A DNA stretch of 64,000 nt from Candidatus Latescibacterota bacterium. GTDB lineage: Bacteria > Latescibacterota > UBA2968 > UBA8231. The position numbers and the translations under genes are program-made. Below, in pieces: positions 8,443 through 17,965 of the stretch. The notes under the pieces were generated by a model. The model was not told the DNA's origin. It was given only the letters and a program-made list of their open reading frames with translations, and did no database searches. The number at the start of each line of letters is the position of its first letter. Within the stretch, counting starts at the first letter, position 1. Location: the NCBI GenBank assembly GCA_965208105.1, contig OZ242318.1, positions 1,504,001 through 1,568,000 of the forward strand, written 5' to 3'.

Positions 8443-9412
8443 GCATCTACCTCATATCCCTTATCCCCCTTCGATACGGCGCAGGCAGGAAGTGCCAAAT
8501 CCCAGTGCAGCCGGCATCATCACCATTGGGATTGCCTTGCTCGTAATCAGCCTGTCGCCTGGTTTCTCAGGCCGGGCACATGCACATCTGCCGCCCGGCG
8601 AATCCTTCAAGGCATTCCATTTTCCGGACCGCCTCGTTCCCGTCATAGACGGTGACTTGAGCGACTGGGACCCCGTGGACGAATCCTATGTGATTACCAC
8701 CGGGGATTTCCACGATCTCGTCCATGACGCGGAGCCCGACCTCGATGATTTCTCCGTGCGATTGATGGTGGGCTGGAACAAAGCGGAGAACAAGCTCTAT
8801 GTTGCGGCCCAGGTGAGGGACGATCTTCATCAGATCGACCGGGCCGATGGAACGGCCTCCCTGCGGATCTGGCAGGACGACAGCATGAACATCTTCGTCG
8901 ATGCCGATCATTCCGGCGGGCAATATGCCAACTTTCGCGATATGAGCGCCGAGGAGAAACTCCGGTTGAACGGGTCGGCAGCCCAGCACTTCGTCATCGC
9001 CGGCCCCCCTCCCGACGAGGACTTTTTCGTCAACTTTTCGGCGGCGGGCTGGTACTCACTTGCGGACGGACCGCATACCGCTGCCGCCTACGCCCTGGAC
9101 GGCATGGTCGGCGGTCCGGCTGTACTCTCCTACGAGTTCATGCTGACGCCCTTCGATCGGGTGGACATAAGGAACGACCTCTTCAGCGAACCGCATTTCA
9201 TGCAGGAAAACGAGACCATGGGCTTCAACGTGGAGTTCAACGATTTCGATACCAGACCTGATCTCTACGACGCCAAGTGGTCTCTCTCCGGAGGACAAAA
9301 CGCACACCTACTGTCGGAGCGATTTGCGGACCTGATTCTCATGCCCCCGGAGCAGTTATCCATGGTGAAGCCTTCCAGTTGGGGATACATCAAGGCCTCC
9401 TTCAAACCCTGA
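8435..9412 (+). CDS. Secreted CBM9/DOMON-like sugar-binding domain protein with C-terminal SWGYIK motif
   Basis: PVIDGDLSDW, MVGWN...LYVAAQVRDD and GFNVEFND are CBM9-like; signal-like hydrophobic stretch ending AHA; true start may be about 20 codons downstream. Confidence 0.75.
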   Translation: MVKHLPHIPYPPSIRRRQEVPNPSAAGIITIGIALLVISLSPGFSGRAHAHLPPGESFKAFHFPDRLVPVIDGDLSDWDPVDESYVITTGDFHDLVHDAEPDLDDFSVRLMVGWNKAENKLYVAAQVRDDLHQIDRADGTASLRIWQDDSMNIFVDADHSGGQYANFRDMSAEEKLRLNGSAAQHFVIAGPPPDEDFFVNFSAAGWYSLADGPHTAAAYALDGMVGGPAVLSYEFMLTPFDRVDIRNDLFSEPHFMQENETMGFNVEFNDFDTRPDLYDAKWSLSGGQNAHLLSERFADLILMPPEQLSMVKPSSWGYIKASFKP

Positions 9413-9571
9413 AATGTTCAGGCGCGGAGCGGCTGGCCAGAACATTCCAGGGATGCTTGCCAGGGTTGATTTCAAGCCCGGCGCCAACCGATTTCAGTCT
9501 CGTTTCCCTTCCATCCAGCCCGGCGCAGGCCGGGCCATTTCGGAAAGACAGGGATAGGGACCTCGACTGGC

Positions 9572-10243
9572 TCATTCCTCTGCAAAGCTGGTCTTGAGCA
9601 CTGCCCAGCTCGCAGTGCGGACATCGGTGGGTGTCTGTTCCCGCGAAGAAGCCATCTGAAGGTATTCCGGTATGGAACCAGGAGTGCCACGCTCCGTAGC
9701 GCCCTCGTCCCATCCGCTCGTTTCCCGAGCCGTACCCCAGCTCGTTCCCAGGGTGCCGCTCTGGTCGAAGGCAAGGCGCACCATGGCCTGCTTGAGCTTG
9801 GTGTCTCCCGCCAGTGGGGCTCCTTTGCCGTCGTCTGCCACGTCCAGAAGATCGGCGCTTTCTTCAGGATTCCCATTGTACAGCCGCAGTTGCAGCTTGG
9901 TATTGGGCAGGGAAACGGCCGGACTCACCTGCTGGGGATTTACGGCCAGCATGGACTGGCTGTTGTCCGGCGGGTAGTTGGCGATGAGGAAGGTCCCCTG
10001 AGGAGAAATGCTGCCTTGTTCTATCAGCACCATGACCACCTCGCCATCATTGGCGAGACGGGTGATGGTCCATCCGGACAAATCGATCTCGGAATCGCTC
10101 CTGTTGTACAGCTCGATCCACTCGTCCGCACTTGAGGCATTGCTGCCCATCCACATCAGTTCGCTGAAGACGACCTGCTTCGGGTCCGAGGCGGCCAGCG
10201 GAGCGGTAAAAATGATTAAGGAGAATAAAATGCGGATTCCCAT
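9572..10243 (-). CDS. Secreted lamin-tail-domain (LTD) protein with C-terminal SWAVLK motif
   Basis: VVFSELMW, EWIELYN....IDLSGWTI and GTPG are LTD motifs; signal peptide. Confidence 0.85.
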   Translation of the reverse strand: MGIRILFSLIIFTAPLAASDPKQVVFSELMWMGSNASSADEWIELYNRSDSEIDLSGWTITRLANDGEVVMVLIEQGSISPQGTFLIANYPPDNSQSMLAVNPQQVSPAVSLPNTKLQLRLYNGNPEESADLLDVADDGKGAPLAGDTKLKQAMVRLAFDQSGTLGTSWGTARETSGWDEGATERGTPGSIPEYLQMASSREQTPTDVRTASWAVLKTSFAEE

Positions 10244-10317
10244 AGGGTCCCTCCTTGATTGGGTGGGGAAAAGAGTATGTTGGGGATCGGTGCCCCAAAG
10301 CCTGGAGGCCTTGTATG

Positions 10318-10367
10318 GGCAAGATCTGTGCCGAAGGCCCTGGATGGGAGCTAACCAGTTGTAAATA
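10318..10367 (-). promoter_or_regulatory. sigma-54 promoter plus upstream IHF-like element for the LTD gene
   Basis: Minus strand CGGCAC-AGATC-TTGCC (10333-10318); TATTTACAACTGGTTAG (10367-10351) lies 18 nt upstream of the GG. Confidence 0.65.
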
Positions 10368-10578
10368 AAGGAGGGATATCCTCCGAAGGATCAGGAGAAT
10401 AAAGGGTGTCCGGGGAAAATATGGATAGGATGGGAAGCGGGTCTGATACCCTCAGGATACACAGGGTAGGCGGACCTCCGGGCGTGGCCGGCCGCGGTGA
10501 TTTACCCCCGCAACCGCTGCCGCAATCGATGATATTCCACTATGGCGCTGTGGGTGCGAACCCCTGCAGGCAGAGATC

Positions 10579-11727
10579 TCAGGAGCGGCTCGAAGCTCGG
10601 ATTTCAGTAGAGCTGATATCGGCGCGGAAGGAGGTTTCAGGGACCATTTCGAACATCTCCTCGTGAGACCCGGGCAACGCGAGGTCTTCCAGGGTCATGA
10701 AGCGTCCCCCATGCGTCCTCCCGGCCACCAGGAAAGCACAGCCATTCGCCCTCATTTCGGCCAGGGCCGCCTCCAGCCCCCGGGCTCCTTCCGCGTAGTA
10801 TTCCGGATCCAACAGGCGCACCGCCGTGTCGTATCCTATCACGAAGCGGCAGTTTCCAAAGAGGCGCGACTTGCGCAGAAAGGTCGGCGCCCGGGTCAGC
10901 ATCACGGAATACCGGCCCTGGAGCTGTTTCAACCGGTTGTCCAGTTCTGTCCTCGTCAGCGCGGGCTTGTCGACGTTTTCCACCGAGATCTCAAGTGATG
11001 GCGGGAGACCAACCAGGCGGTGAACAGCGGCGGACAGCTCTTCATGACCGCGGTGAAACGGATTGAAGGAACCGGGAAACAGCACCCTGTTGAAGCGCTC
11101 GGCCTCGAGCGTCGCCCTCGCGCCAATCCCTACCTCGACCACCTCCACCTCACCCTGCAGCAGCAGGCCTACGGGGTCCCGGGCACAGAGGAACCGCTTT
11201 TCGACGCGGATCCAATCCGGAAGCTCGCCCGGGCCACCGGGCATTCCACAGGCATCTTCCAGGGCGGCGAGGGCAACCCGGCTGAGGATGTCCTCCTGCT
11301 CCGGCCGCTCTGCCGCCCCTTTGGCGAAATGGATTGAATAGAAGCGGAATTCCTCCCTGAGACGCAGGGCCAGAAAGGCCCTCTCCTCTCCCCGTCTTAC
11401 CCGATTTGTCGCCAGGGCGGCCGTGCATCCGAGCCCGAGGGCCATCCTGGAGTCCCCGTCCAGGGTGCGCAGGCGGGCGAATGCCCTGGTGGCCAGATCG
11501 CGGGCGGTGCCCCCTTCGGCCCGGTGCGGACCGGGAGCGCCCAGGTAGTCCTGCACCGCCCGCTCGTGGTAGGGCACCTGAACTTCCACAACCGCGCGCG
11601 AGGCTCCCGGGTGATTGAGCAGCCAGGTCACCAGCTCGGCGCCTCCTCCCGTGGTCGCCAGCGCCAGCCGCACCCCGCTGCACAGGAGAGCCTCGACCCG
11701 ATCCCAGATCCCTGAATCTGCTGCCAT
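10579..11727 (-). CDS. Fusion of CinA/PncC-like N-terminal domain and HxGH nucleotidyltransferase (NMN/NaMN adenylyltransferase-like)
   Basis: PGASRAVVEVQVPY (CinA-like); FPGSFNPFHRGH, NVDKP, FVIGYDT and DISSTEIR (NadD-like). Confidence 0.75.
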   Translation of the reverse strand: MAADSGIWDRVEALLCSGVRLALATTGGGAELVTWLLNHPGASRAVVEVQVPYHERAVQDYLGAPGPHRAEGGTARDLATRAFARLRTLDGDSRMALGLGCTAALATNRVRRGEERAFLALRLREEFRFYSIHFAKGAAERPEQEDILSRVALAALEDACGMPGGPGELPDWIRVEKRFLCARDPVGLLLQGEVEVVEVGIGARATLEAERFNRVLFPGSFNPFHRGHEELSAAVHRLVGLPPSLEISVENVDKPALTRTELDNRLKQLQGRYSVMLTRAPTFLRKSRLFGNCRFVIGYDTAVRLLDPEYYAEGARGLEAALAEMRANGCAFLVAGRTHGGRFMTLEDLALPGSHEEMFEMVPETSFRADISSTEIRASSRS

Positions 11728-11731
11728 TGCC

Positions 11732-13147
11732 TCAGCCTGCCACGAAGTCGTAGACTCCCCTCAATCCCCATCCGGTCAGGAACAAGCCGCTGGCCAGGTT
11801 GAGGACCAGCAGCACCGGACCCATCTGCAGGGGGCGCGGCAGGAAGCGGCGGTCCGTCCAGACCATGAGGAGGCACCACAGGCCGCAGGTCAGCACCCCG
11901 CCGAATATGGCAGCCGGTGTCACGATCTGGACCGGGTTGCCCCCCAGCCACATGATCGCCACCCCGCCGATGCCGCAGTAGGCGACCACCCAGGGGCGCA
12001 GGGACCGCAGCGGCAGGTTCCGCACCCGGGGGACCAGCGGGCGCAGACATTCGTTGGTAGTCCGCACATATAGTTCGTAGGCGCCGAGAATGGTGCCGAA
12101 GAAGGCCGTGAACACTCCGAGCTGGTAGAGGTAAAGAAGGTTGGGATGGAGGAGGGTCAGGAACTCCGCCTGGACCGAAAGCAGTTGCAGCCCCGAGGGT
12201 ACGACCTGCTGCGGATAGAGCACCACCGCCCCCAGCACCATGAATGCCAGGGTGAACAACACGATGCAGCCGAACGAAACCGACATGTCGATCAAGGGAG
12301 CCCGCAGCCAGCTCTTGCCCAGTTTGTAATTGTCTTCGTCAGCGGCGATGGAGACGCCATTTCTGCTGTCCTCCACCTTCCGCCCCATCAGCCCCCATCC
12401 CTTCTCGCGCAGCATCCCGATATAGCCGAAGTAGTCCTGGGTGCCGCCGCCGATGGCCCCCAGGTAGGTCCCCAGCTCGATCCAGGCGGAACGCGCGGCT
12501 ATGTCCGGATATTTGGCAACGACCCACGGAGCGTAGGCCGGCATGGTGGGAATGACCGTTCCGGCGATCACCTTGACCCAATCGGGCTGCAGCACCAGCG
12601 CAGCCACCAGGATACTCAGCAGCAGCAGGCCGACGATCAGGGTCTGGGTGCGCTCGAGGGCCGCGTAACTCTGCACCATGGTCAGGGCGATGGCGGCGGC
12701 CACGAAGGCCGTTCCCCAGACGCGCGGGTCCCCCCAGAAATCCACGCTTCCCAGATCGAAGATCCACACCGTCAACCCGCCCAGCATCTTCGGCAGCCCC
12801 GACAACCACAGGGGGAAGCACAGCAGGGTCGCGATGGACAGGACCCACACCGCCCATCCCGGTGGTCCGGGGAGGTATTTCCAGCGCTCTATGGGATGCT
12901 CTCCCGTAAGGGTGATATAGCGCGCCGCCGTGTAGACCTGGACGTACTTCATCAGGCCTCCCCCCACGAAGCACCACAGCAGCGCATATCCGAAGAGCGC
13001 CCCGCCGCGGGAGGCGAATACGGTCTCTCCACTGCCGATGGTCACCGAGGCGATGATGGCCCCGGGGCCGAAAAACCCCAGCATGGCCGTCAGTTTGCGC
13101 GACTTCAGGGCTTCTGGAAGAGATGGATAACGCAACCCTTCGCTCAT
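11732..13147 (-). CDS. Nramp/APC-family membrane transporter
   Basis: GPGAIIASVTIGSGE N-terminal motif and many TM helices; start moved to ATG 13147 after an AAGGAG RBS. Confidence 0.85.
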   Translation of the reverse strand: MSEGLRYPSLPEALKSRKLTAMLGFFGPGAIIASVTIGSGETVFASRGGALFGYALLWCFVGGGLMKYVQVYTAARYITLTGEHPIERWKYLPGPPGWAVWVLSIATLLCFPLWLSGLPKMLGGLTVWIFDLGSVDFWGDPRVWGTAFVAAAIALTMVQSYAALERTQTLIVGLLLLSILVAALVLQPDWVKVIAGTVIPTMPAYAPWVVAKYPDIAARSAWIELGTYLGAIGGGTQDYFGYIGMLREKGWGLMGRKVEDSRNGVSIAADEDNYKLGKSWLRAPLIDMSVSFGCIVLFTLAFMVLGAVVLYPQQVVPSGLQLLSVQAEFLTLLHPNLLYLYQLGVFTAFFGTILGAYELYVRTTNECLRPLVPRVRNLPLRSLRPWVVAYCGIGGVAIMWLGGNPVQIVTPAAIFGGVLTCGLWCLLMVWTDRRFLPRPLQMGPVLLVLNLASGLFLTGWGLRGVYDFVAG

Positions 13148-13180
13148 GATATCGGACTCCTTTGATTCAATGCCGGAGCA

Positions 13181-13209
13181 ATGATAGTCCGCCCCGGACC
13201 CTTTGTCAA
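13181..13209 (-). promoter_or_regulatory. sigma70-type promoter for the transporter and CinA/NTase genes
   Basis: Minus strand TTGACA-N17-TATCAT. Confidence 0.7.
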
Positions 13210-13527
13210 TCAGCTCCGGACCCCCTTGCACCACCAGGTTTTCATGCAATCATCGAGGGGCTTCGAGGCCGTTTTTTTCAGTAGGTGCTCAAGCCTGAAT
13301 TGCGGCCTCCGTCCGGTTGCGAGACCCATCTCACGCGCCCCCTCTCCCGACCCGACACGGCGCGGCAGTGCGATGGCATGGAGAATTTACCCGCACCGGA
13401 ATTTCCCGCAGCGAATGGAACACCGTCCCTTTCCGGCAGGCCCATCTTGACATCGGGGCCGCAGGATATATCTTAAACTTTTTCAACCATTTTCATGACC
13501 GGATTCCAATCACCCAGGTAGCAAATC

Positions 13528-15786
13528 ATGAGCACATCAGCGAATTGGAAGGAACACCTGGCCGGCCGCATCCCCGAGGCATGGGGTGAGGAGATCGACC
13601 ACTTCGAGACCCAGATCGAGCTGAGAAGGCAGAACAAGCTGGACGAGATCATATTCATGGAGACCCGACTGCGGCGCGGGGTCTACGGCCAGCGCTACGA
13701 CAATGGTGAGCGCCGGGACGGAGCTCACGTCCAAAAGCTGAAGTTCCCCAGCGGAGAGCTTACCAAGGGCACCAACGCCCTGTGGGACGCCCCCGGGATG
13801 CAGCGCATCAAGATCCCCTTCGGCGGTCTCAACACCGAGCAGATGGATGTTCTGGCAGACCTCAGCGAGGAATACTCCGACGCCATCTGCCACGTCACCA
13901 CGCGCCAGGACATCCAGCTCCACTTCGTCCACATCGACGACACCCCGGACCTCATGCGCCGCCTCGCAGCCGTCGGGATCACCACCCGCGAAGCCTGCGG
14001 GAACTCGGTCCGCAACGTCACCGCCTGTCCCCTCTCCGGCGTCTGCCGCACCGAGGCCTTCGACGTGACGCCCTATGCCCGCGCCTGTGCATTTTTCCTC
14101 CTCGGACATCCCGACGTCCAGGACTTCGGCCGCAAGTTCAAACCCGCCTTCTCCGGCTGCAAGCACGAAGCCTGCGGCCTCACTACGATGCACGACCTGG
14201 GGGCGATCGCCGCGACCCGCACGGTCGACGGCAAGGTGGAGCGCGGCTTCGAACTCTACGTGGGAGGCGGCCTGGGGGCCGTCCCACACCAGGCCAAGCT
14301 CTTCGACCCCTTCGTCGACGAGAAGGATCTTCTTCCGACCATTCAAGCTATCTCGCGGGTCTTCGCGCGCCTGGGGGAAAAGGCCAACCGCGCCCGGGCC
14401 CGCATCAAGTTTCTGGTGGCCAAGCTCGGAATCGAGGAGTTCCGCCGCCTCGTCGTGGAAGAACGGGAAGCCATTCCCCCGGACCAGCGCTGGACCGCTT
14501 ACCTCGACGACCTGGATATCTGCGACGAGGAGGGCCTCAAACCCGGGCTTGCCCTGGACCGCGACGTGGGGGATGAAGGCTTCGGCGAATGGTACAAAAC
14601 CAATGTCTACCGCCAGCGACAGGAAGGATACGTGGTCGCCACCGTCGCCTTGCCGCTCGGCGACATCACCGCCGACCAGCTGCGCGCCCTGGCGGCCATC
14701 TCCCGGCGCTTCGTCAAGGACACGGTAAGGACTACGGTGGAGCAGAACATCGTGCTGCGCTGGGTCAGGGAAGCGGATCTGCCGGAACTCTACGGGGAAC
14801 TGCGGAAAATCGGCCTCCACCAGTCGGGGGCGGGCACAATCGTCGACGTGACCGCCTGCCCCGGGACCGATACCTGCAGGCTGGGCATCGCCTCCTCCCG
14901 CGGCCTGGCCGCCGAGCTGCGCAAGCGCCTGGCCGCGCAGAACCTGCAATTCGACCAGGCCGTCAAGGACCTGCGCATCAAGCTCAGCGGATGCTTCAAT
15001 TCATGCGGCCAGCACCATATCGCCGACCTGGGATTCTACGGAATCAGCCGCAAGGTCGGAGGCTACACGGTTCCTCACTTCCAGGTCGTCCTGGGCGGGC
15101 AGTGGTCCGAGAACGCCGCTTCCTTCGGGTTGCCCATCGGGGCGGTTCCGTCCAGGAGGATCCCCGACGTGGTTGCCCGCATGACGGAGAGCTACATACA
15201 TGGCCGCGGCAAGGGGGAGAGCTTCCAGGACTACATCCGGCGCATCGGAAAGAGGGAAGCCAAAGCCATGCTCGAGGACCTGACTCCCGTGCCCCCGCAC
15301 GATGAGGACGCCTCGTACTACAGCGACTGGGGCGACCCCCGCGAGTTCACTCTCGGAGACATGGGCAAAGGCGAATGCGCCGGCGAGGTTGTTCCCCTGA
15401 TCCACTTCGAGCTGTCCGACTGCGAAAGGGAGGCCTTCGAGGCCCAGGTCCTGCTCGAGGAGGGCGACTTCGAAAAATCCTACCATACCGCCTGTAGCGC
15501 CATGCTGCACGCCGCCAAGGCCCTGGTGAAGACCCAGTTCCTCGACATCCCGGAAGACCCGGACGCCATCGTGGCAGAGTTTCGCGAGCGCTTCTGCGAT
15601 ACGAAGCTGTTCTGGGACACCTATGCGCAGGACAAGTTCGCCCGCTACCTCCTTCGCGTCCACGAGACCGAGGTGGCCGAGTACACCCAGGACCTCGCCC
15701 GCAAGACCAGCGAGGAAGCGGGACTTTTCATCGAGGCCACCTACCGCTGCTTCGACGCCATGTCCACAACCAGCACGGCTCCCTGA
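13528..15786 (+). CDS. Siroheme/4Fe-4S ferredoxin-dependent sulfite/nitrite reductase with C-terminal HEPN-like extension
   Basis: TTRQDIQLH, EACGNSVRN, RKFK, ACPGTDTCRLG and SGCFNSCGQH (cluster cysteines). Confidence 0.92.
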   Translation: MSTSANWKEHLAGRIPEAWGEEIDHFETQIELRRQNKLDEIIFMETRLRRGVYGQRYDNGERRDGAHVQKLKFPSGELTKGTNALWDAPGMQRIKIPFGGLNTEQMDVLADLSEEYSDAICHVTTRQDIQLHFVHIDDTPDLMRRLAAVGITTREACGNSVRNVTACPLSGVCRTEAFDVTPYARACAFFLLGHPDVQDFGRKFKPAFSGCKHEACGLTTMHDLGAIAATRTVDGKVERGFELYVGGGLGAVPHQAKLFDPFVDEKDLLPTIQAISRVFARLGEKANRARARIKFLVAKLGIEEFRRLVVEEREAIPPDQRWTAYLDDLDICDEEGLKPGLALDRDVGDEGFGEWYKTNVYRQRQEGYVVATVALPLGDITADQLRALAAISRRFVKDTVRTTVEQNIVLRWVREADLPELYGELRKIGLHQSGAGTIVDVTACPGTDTCRLGIASSRGLAAELRKRLAAQNLQFDQAVKDLRIKLSGCFNSCGQHHIADLGFYGISRKVGGYTVPHFQVVLGGQWSENAASFGLPIGAVPSRRIPDVVARMTESYIHGRGKGESFQDYIRRIGKREAKAMLEDLTPVPPHDEDASYYSDWGDPREFTLGDMGKGECAGEVVPLIHFELSDCEREAFEAQVLLEEGDFEKSYHTACSAMLHAAKALVKTQFLDIPEDPDAIVAEFRERFCDTKLFWDTYAQDKFARYLLRVHETEVAEYTQDLARKTSEEAGLFIEATYRCFDAMSTTSTAP

Positions 15787-15818
15787 ACCCGGTCAGCGAG
15801 CAGATAGAATCCGAAGCG

Positions 15819-16379
15819 ATGGAACTTTCCCGCGTCAACGTCAAATTTTTTCTCGAGACATGGAAGGTCTCTCCCGATGACACCTTCCGGACCTTCAATG
15901 GCTGGGTCTCCAACAACCCCGATGAGGTTCTGATCGACGTGGCGGATTACAGCCACCTTCACGCCGGCCCGATCACACTCCTCGTGGGCCACGAGGCCAA
16001 TTTCAGCATCGACAACTCCAACCACAGACCGGGGTTGCTCTACGCCCGCAAGAAGCCCCTGGAGGGGGACCTGCCCGCCAGGCTGCAGTCCGTCTTTTCC
16101 TCCACTCTAACGGCCTGCCGCCGCCTGGAACGGGAACCGGACCTGGCCGGGAAGGTCAAATTTCGCGGCGAGGAGTTTTCGCTGTCGGCAGTGGACCGGC
16201 TGCACACTCCCCCCGCCGAAGAGATCCGGGCCGGACTCGACAAGCTCCTGGAGAAACTCTACGGAGGAGCGGACTTCTCGGTTGAATACAGCGCGGATTC
16301 GACCGCCCGTCCCACCTTTCACGTCAAGGCAGGCACCTCCTTCACGGTCTCGGACCTGCTTGACAAGCTCCAGCCTTGA
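15819..16379 (+). CDS. Conserved hypothetical protein downstream of the sulfite/nitrite reductase
   Basis: Same strand, 32-bp gap; LIDVADYSH...GP..LLVGHE motif. Confidence 0.7.
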   Translation: MELSRVNVKFFLETWKVSPDDTFRTFNGWVSNNPDEVLIDVADYSHLHAGPITLLVGHEANFSIDNSNHRPGLLYARKKPLEGDLPARLQSVFSSTLTACRRLEREPDLAGKVKFRGEEFSLSAVDRLHTPPAEEIRAGLDKLLEKLYGGADFSVEYSADSTARPTFHVKAGTSFTVSDLLDKLQP

Positions 16380-16472
16380 CACCGTCAGCCGCTTGGGCTT
16401 TTTTTTATCTTTTCAGTAGTTTTTCAGTTCTTCGGACTCAGAGCGCGATCAAGCCACATCCAGGAGGAAATC

Positions 16473-16787
16473 ATGACCTATGTCATTGCGGAACCATGCC
16501 TCGACGTAAAGGATAAATCCTGCGTCGAGGTCTGTCCGGTTGACTGCATCCACCCCACCGACGGAGAAGGGGAGCCCATACTGTACATCGACCCCGACGA
16601 GTGCATCGATTGCGGGGCCTGTGAACCTGAGTGTCCGGTCGAAGCTATTTTCGCGGAAGAAGACGTGCCGGATGAGTGGACTCAATTCACCGAGATCAAC
16701 GCCAAGTATTTCGAACTGAAGGATTCACCCGGCGAATGGGACCAGTATAAAGAGGACAATTCCTCACAACTCGAGAAAAACGGTTAA
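16473..16787 (+). CDS. fdxA: FdxA-type dicluster ferredoxin
   Basis: MTYVIAEPC..VKDKSCVEVCPVDCI and CIDCGACEPECPVEAI; AGGAGG RBS. Confidence 0.93.
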   Translation: MTYVIAEPCLDVKDKSCVEVCPVDCIHPTDGEGEPILYIDPDECIDCGACEPECPVEAIFAEEDVPDEWTQFTEINAKYFELKDSPGEWDQYKEDNSSQLEKNG

Positions 16788-16816
16788 TCGCCCTGTGATT
16801 TTCGGGAGCAGGTCAT

Positions 16817-16850
16817 AGCCGGAATGTCCGCGCGACATTCCGGCTTTTTG
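16817..16850 (+). terminator. Rho-independent terminator after the ferredoxin gene
   Basis: AGCCGGAATGTC-CGCGC-GACATTCCGGCT followed by TTTT. Confidence 0.85.
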
Positions 16851-16939
16851 CGCCCTTGACTACCCGGGCCGGGAATCACTAATTTTCCTGGCTGAAATCA
16901 TCGGTCCCCATCACCCCAATCGAGAAGTGCTCAAGGAAA

Positions 16940-17965
16940 ATGGCAAAACAGATCAGAAAGACAAAGGCGAAGGCCAAGGCAAAGAGCAGAAAGAAGGAAA
17001 GGCCCCAGGTGGACGCGGAAAAGCTCTGGTTCATGTACCGCAAGATGAACGAGATCCGCTTCTTCGAAGAAAACGTGTGGGACGTCTACACCCGGGGTCT
17101 CATGCCCGGCCTGGCGCACCTTTACATCGGCGAGGAGGGCGTGGCCGTCGGCACCTGCTCGGCCCTGAGAGACGACGACTACATCACGAGTACCCACCGC
17201 GGCCACGGCCACTGCCTGGCCAAAGGAGGCAAACTCGATCGCATGATGGCCGAGATCATGGGCAAGGAGACGGGCTATTGCCGCGGCAAGGGAGGCTCCA
17301 TGCACATCGCCGACATGTCGGTGGGAATCCTCGGGGCGAACGGCATAGTGGGCGGCGGCTTCGGAATCTCAACGGGGGCCGCCCTCTCCGCCCAGAAGCG
17401 CGGCACCGACCAGGTAGCCGTGTGCTTCTTCGGAGACGGCGCGGCCAACCAGGGCATCATGCTGGAAACCCTCAACATGGCCGTGATCTGGGACCTGCCG
17501 GTAATCTACGTCTGCGAAAACAACCAGTACGGGGAGCACACCTCCTACCGGAAGGTGACCGGCGTCGAGGACATCGCCCAGCGCGCCGAGGGGCTGGGGA
17601 TCGAGGGCATCATCACCGACGGCTCGGACGTCCTGGAGGTATACAGTACCATCTCCACCGCGGTTTCCAAGGCGCGCCGGGGCAAGGGTCCGACCCTTGT
17701 GGAGGCCAAGACCTACCGGTTCCGCGGGCACCACGTCGGCGATGGAGGACACTACCGCACCAACGACGAGGTCAGGTGGTGGATGGACAACAAGGATCCC
17801 ATCAAGCTCCTGGGCGACCACATGTGCAAGACCAAAGTGGCCACCCGGGAAGAGCTCGACGCCTTGCAGGAACAGATCGAAAAGGAAGTGCTGGACGCCG
17901 TTGAATTCGGCAAGGACTCGCCATTGCCCCCACCCGAACAAGCCTACGAGGACCTTTATGCCTGA
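16940..17965 (+). CDS. TPP-dependent dehydrogenase E1 alpha subunit (acetoin/pyruvate dehydrogenase type)
   Basis: HLYIGEE, STHRGHGH, GKGGSMH, FGDGA..N..ENNQY and TYRFRGH. Confidence 0.93.
   Translation: MAKQIRKTKAKAKAKSRKKERPQVDAEKLWFMYRKMNEIRFFEENVWDVYTRGLMPGLAHLYIGEEGVAVGTCSALRDDDYITSTHRGHGHCLAKGGKLDRMMAEIMGKETGYCRGKGGSMHIADMSVGILGANGIVGGGFGISTGAALSAQKRGTDQVAVCFFGDGAANQGIMLETLNMAVIWDLPVIYVCENNQYGEHTSYRKVTGVEDIAQRAEGLGIEGIITDGSDVLEVYSTISTAVSKARRGKGPTLVEAKTYRFRGHHVGDGGHYRTNDEVRWWMDNKDPIKLLGDHMCKTKVATREELDALQEQIEKEVLDAVEFGKDSPLPPPEQAYEDLYA

Noticed and set aside
13250-13527. SAM riboswitch upstream of the sulfite/nitrite reductase
   Set aside because: No SAM-I core elements seen; a TTGACA-N16-TATCTT promoter candidate near 13447-13474 leaves too short a leader.
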